From: Takakia lepidozioides
Lineage: Eukaryota; Plantae; Bryophyta
DNA: 64,000 nucleotides
Direction: 5' to 3'
NCBI GenBank assembly: GCA_030704615.1
Contig: CM060732.1
Span: forward strand, 23,188,001 to 23,252,000
Positions within the stretch are counted from its first letter, which is position 1; the number at the start of each line of letters is the position of its first letter. A program made the translations under genes and the position numbers. The notes beneath the pieces are model-generated. The model did not search any database, was not told where the DNA came from, and was given only the letters and a program-made list of their open reading frames with translations. Below, in pieces: positions 59,001-64,000 of this stretch.

Positions 59001-62000
59001 ACACTATCTCTACACAACTTAACCTCAAAGACTTTCTTACGTTTATAACATATTATAATCTTGATGGCCTATGGTTAGTTACCCTGCAACATGCACAAAT
59101 TCCCTATATGGATGTTGACTTATTGATGAATTGATTGTAATAGTATGCAGTTGTAATTGATCACCTGGAATTGAAGAGCATGGGGTGAAACATCAAACAT
59201 TGTTCCTGGAAGCAGTGTTCCATGAATAGGAATACAGTCTGGCAGAGGTGAAGAGTACAGATACAGATGCCCTAAGCACAATCTTCCTGCTGGCTCTGAG
59301 AGATTCTCAAAGACTGCGCTACTGCCTGCATCTTCCTCTGGCAAGGCTCCTTTGTCCCCCTGCTTTTCATTTTGGCCACCGCCAGTATAACTTCTAATGC
59401 TATCCTGTGAAATGGCATGTGCAGGTCCTGCATTTATTGCTTCCCTCTCAAAGCTTACAGGTGGGGCACACAAGGTCCCTGCATAGTCAGATGCACTGCT
59501 GGAAGTGCTGGTAAATCTGCTACTGGGCCTCTCCCCCTCATCCACTCTCAACGCACGTGGAATGGAGTCTGAGACAAGGCGAGCACCCAGACGGAGCTCT
59601 GCCTTTTCTCCTGGCTGTAGCGTGAGTTCCACAATTGAGGTGGTGCCTGTCTGTGATGTGACCTCCAGCATAACCTGTGTCAATTTTACACAACTCATGA
59701 TTATTGAGCGGTCATGTCCCAACAGGCCTCAGGAGGGAAAATCAATGCTTTGGGAATAAGGACTGAGCTCTGCTTCGTAAGTGTACCACTGACATTGATT
59801 AGTGCATAGGACATTCGCTAGAGGTAGCTTGACACTTGACTGCTTCTGCTAGACCAGACAAACAACGTGTCATCATTTTAGCGATGCAGGGAAAACCAAG
59901 TTGACAAAACTATCTCTGAACACGGTAGTGCAGCCCATGGTTCCCTCTAACTCGAATTCAGAGATGGAATGACCTACCAGAGACTCTGTGTCCTCAACTT
60001 GATGAATTTCCAATGCCACGCCCAGTGATTCCCGAGACAAGTTCTCCACCTGGTATGCACAGATAAGCTCTGATCAGTTGAGAAGCCCCTCAGAGAAAAA
60101 GTTTCACATTTCTTGACCAATTTGCAGATGTGGGGAATTTAGCGTCTTCACTACAAGCAAATGCTCAGCTTACCATGAACTCTGTCATACAAGGTGGTGC
60201 AGATGGTGATGCTGGTACAGTGAGTGGTGGCAAAAGCAATGCCATCTCGATCAAACCTCCAAACCGAAGATTACGGATGGTCATTTCTGCTCCGACCACA
60301 AGCTCCATCACATTTTGGGGATTATTGCAGTTCATCAAATGGATCTTCCACAACCATGGTCTTGCCTCCTTCATCTGCTCAAGCTTTGCTGTATGCAAGA
60401 TGGCCTGTATGGTTTGGCCCCCCCTGGCAGCAACACAGCTCATTGTACCCTCAGAGCTGGCAGCTCCTTTCAGCTTCTCGAATGGGAAAGTAAACATTCC
60501 TGGCACATCTACTAACTTATATGTCAAATCTGCGTCACTACAGTTTTGTACATCTACTTCGAACTGAAGATCTTGCCACGCATTCGCATCCCCTACTTTA
60601 CCCAGATCGATGCACTTAGTTACAACTTCTCCGAGAGAAACACAGATGGAGCCTCTAATGGACATTATTTCCAGAACTTGTGGGCCCTCCCACTTCCTAT
60701 TTACAACAAAGCATCTTGAGTTTGAAACAGAATCTGTCTTGCAAAATGCCAGCAACCCCTCAAATGGGCAGAGTTTGCCCCTGTTCAACCGAGCCAAGTC
60801 CGAAGATGACAGAGGGCTGATTCCAATACAAGCCACAAAGAGATGAGCCGTGCCACCAGGTTGAAGAGTGAAGGCCCGCCCGCATGAAGCCCATTCAGTG
60901 TGACTTCTATGTGCATCTCCCAAACCACAGATAGAATTTCCAGAGAACATGGTAGGACAAATTGCACCATTTTCTACACCTGATGATTGGGCCCCAGCAA
61001 AATTTCTCTCAGACTTGGCTGCCACTCCTATTGCACAACTTGAGTCAGACAGAATGCCATTAAATCTTCCAGGTTGAATGCTGGAAAAATATTGGACGTC
61101 AACATCGACCAACACCGGCAAGGTACTGACAGGCTGCAAGGTGAGTGCTTCAGCTGAGTGGTTTGTTACTAACAAAGAAGAATGATATGGACGCAGATCA
61201 GAGACGATGTAGTCAGTCAATCCCTTCAAACCATTCTTCAAAGATGGCTTGCTTTTTACATCAGTCCTGCTACCATCCAGTGACACAAAAACTGTCCCAA
61301 GGTTAAGATAGCAGTTCTCATGAAGCAACCCTGCATTCCAACTCACACCAGTCATTGATTCATCTTGTTGCTTGTCTGCTTCAGGCATTGAAAGAGGCAT
61401 GTTTTCAAACCAGAAGTCCCCAACAGATGAAGTCTTCCTAATTCTCTGGGTGTGTGTCTGTAAGCAAAATGGAGTTTCCAACATTGAGTCTCTTGATCCG
61501 TGTCTTTTTGTTATGGCATTCCACTTTTTGACAATCGCATTGGAATTGGCAGGGGACTTCCTTGGGCCCACGGGAGGCAGTTCATGAGGGTATTCACGTG
61601 ACCCATAATCCACACAGAATCTCTGATCGGAAGACATGACATTTTCTGTCAGCTCTATGGGGTTGACGTGTGGCAATGGAGGCTCAACCTCAGCTTTGAT
61701 GAGGCCACTATCAACATAAACTCGAAGTATCAACTTGGCATTCTGTCCAGGGCAAGAGAGATTTTGCACAACTATGTGATCCTCAATAAGGCCATACTCT
61801 GTTACTGGTAAGCAGTACTCCACAGCAGTTTCTGACTTCGCTTCACCTGCTGTTAATGAGCTGGCAGCCTCTTTTCCAACCAGCTGCCCTTTCTCCATAG
61901 ATAATAATGCCCGTCCTGAAGACAAAGAGAAGTTCAATGGCATTTGACTGCTTGGATTGGAGACCACAAAGTGCCCGGATACGAACCCGCCAATCTCTTT

Positions 62001-64000
62001 CAGGCGTCCAAGGTCTATCATGCAGGTTGAAACTTGCAGAAGGCCTCGGCCCACCATTGCTCTGAACTTCACCATGATTTCATCTATAGTTCCCTCATGA
62101 CTTCCTCTAGGTCTGGTTCCAGTTTGGGGTGAATGAGCAGTGATCCTCATTCCCCCAATAATCTCTCTGCACTGCCCATTCCTGTAGGCTGTGGCATCAC
62201 CACCTGGTCTCAAGCACATAAAGATGGTGGCAAATTCTCCCCCCAACACCTCCATTTCATCTGTACGTGTACAACCTTCAGGATCTATTGAAACATAAAC
62301 CTGCTTTGTCAAATTGGAGCGGAATGATAAGGATAATGGCTCTGAAAATAGGTTATGAAGCTTTAAAGGAACTACTTTCTCACCCCTTGGGGCATTGATG
62401 AAGCAAAAACCCATGTCCAAAGTGGCACCATCATGCAGGTCAGGGAGCCGTAGGTAGTGGATTCTGCGAGGCACCATGGTGATGTTCACTTGACTCTCGA
62501 CAAGGCACAATGAACTTTGGATGTGGATTTTGTATGATTGCCTGCCAGGCCTTACTGGCTTGCAAATAAGCTTTGCACTAACTGACCCATGTCCGTCAAT
62601 TCGTCCAGATGAAGGACTTACAGACATAATAGAATCAAGCAGAGAAGTGGTTTGCAACTGTCCAGCCTTGTTGTAGAGGGTAGCTGACGTATCACTTGTT
62701 TGTAACCTGAAATTCTCCCGTGACTTCTCCGTTGCTCCAGAGGAGGATGGAAGGGATGCTGCAGGTGCTATCTTTATCCTATACTCAACTTGAATTCCAC
62801 TCCTATTCTTTATCAACAAATCTTTTTTCAGAACAGTGGAGAGGTCTGACTCAGGAAACACAACATGAGAAGGCGTAACTTTGAGCACCCTTTCCAGCTG
62901 CCTGACCTGCACTAGCAACTGCAACCTTGTCCCCTCATCAGGCTGTGCATGTAATGTCAACACTCCTGTACCACTGTTCAAGGGAGGACTCCCATCCAAT
63001 TCACACAAGGAGCGCTCCCAGTTGCCAAAGCCGGTGTCACTTGCCAGTGAAAACTGAGATGCTTGCAAAAGATCCTGTGAAGACTCATCCAAAAGACGTA
63101 GTGTTACCCACTGAGCCATGGCACCTTTAAGGCATGTTGATGCCAGAAACATGGGTGTGTCACTACCAGGTGCTTCTGACTGTTTGCTGTCAACCTGTTG
63201 CCATGGAAGTTGCTTTGGTTGCAATGCGGAAGGCAGGTCACACAAGGCTCCCCTTCTTGGGAGCTCTCTTGACAAGACAGAGTCCACCCCTGGACTCCCT
63301 TCTTCGACAGGCTTGAAATGAACATCGCTGACCCACAACTCAAGGTCATGGGCCTCCCCTTTCCACATGAGATTAAACTGAATCCACAAGTCGTGTGAAC
63401 ACAATGACCTCAACACAAACGATGCTTCCATTTTCTCACCATCGATGCAGTCTTCCAGAACAACCTCCCCAACAAAGTTCACCTTGTCTAGCATGCTCTT
63501 ATCCTCTGAGATTTCAACCGAATTAAATAACAAACTTCTTGCCAATGCTGCTGCTGAGGACAAGTCCATCAATGCATCGGTCTCCCCATGCTTAGGCTCA
63601 TGAATTGAACCCGCCTCAAAATTTTCATGTTGTAGCAACTCCACTTTGAAAAGAGCCTCATCGGTGGAGAAGCTGCTAACACTCCCAGCTCGGCTAACAA
63701 AATTGCTTCTCTCCTCTATGGCAGATGGATCATCCACATTGTTGAGAGAAACAAGGGGGTCCTCTCGCCAATGCATGATATGGTGCTTTGAGCCCCAAAC
63801 GTCAGTCTCCAGCGTTCGCTCGAAGGCCATTGAGAGCCTGGGAGAAGTTACTGCAGGAGAACAAAGAATCTCATTTGAAACTAATGCCAACGCATCAAAA
63901 CCAGATAATGAAGAAGAGAGAGTAGATGAGGACGTCTTCCTCAAAGGATGTTGATCGGAAATTGATTTTGGAGTCTGGCCACCAAGAGGAGATGGAGGGG
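53030..64000 (-). CDS. Very large uncharacterised multi-exon protein with probable tandem Ig-like (ASH/PapD-like) domains; 5' end lies beyond the window
   Basis: One exon >3.8 kb (open from the window end to donor at 60174) plus exons 60049-59978, 59674-59165, 58717-57853, 57382-57232 and more down to the stop at 53030; repeated pattern (I/L)D(L/F/M)G...hhh.N.S...h.(F/Y)...P..G.I. Confidence 0.8.

Overview
Eukaryotic nuclear DNA with spliceosomal introns, most likely from a non-seed land plant (inferred from the PLS-DYW PPR style and the retroelement type; species not determinable). Host genes reconstructed by hand: plastid SECE1, COX6b (minus strand, missed by the ORF track because it is built from micro-exons) head-to-head with QCR8, a PLS-E-DYW RNA-editing PPR that can splice in frame to upstream exons encoding an OSB-type PDF ssDNA-binding motif, an LSMT-like SET protein, the plastid antiporter NHD1, an RPD3-class HDAC, and a very large uncharacterised protein running off the window end. 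A ~14.5-kb decayed TE island (25.9-40.3 kb) holds a Harbinger end with its Myb/SANT ORF, two diverged tandem intron-containing genes with a bacterial-style beta-class amino (N6A/N4C) DNA-methyltransferase-like domain and a non-canonical DIPDG motif, and a Ty3/gypsy remnant whose integrase ends in a PHD finger. The first 5 kb is a mosaic of short-period repeats. Best novelty candidates: the MTase-like pair, the PDF-PPR-DYW fusion and the COX6b micro-exon array. All splice models are read from GT/AG signals and frame only, without transcript data.
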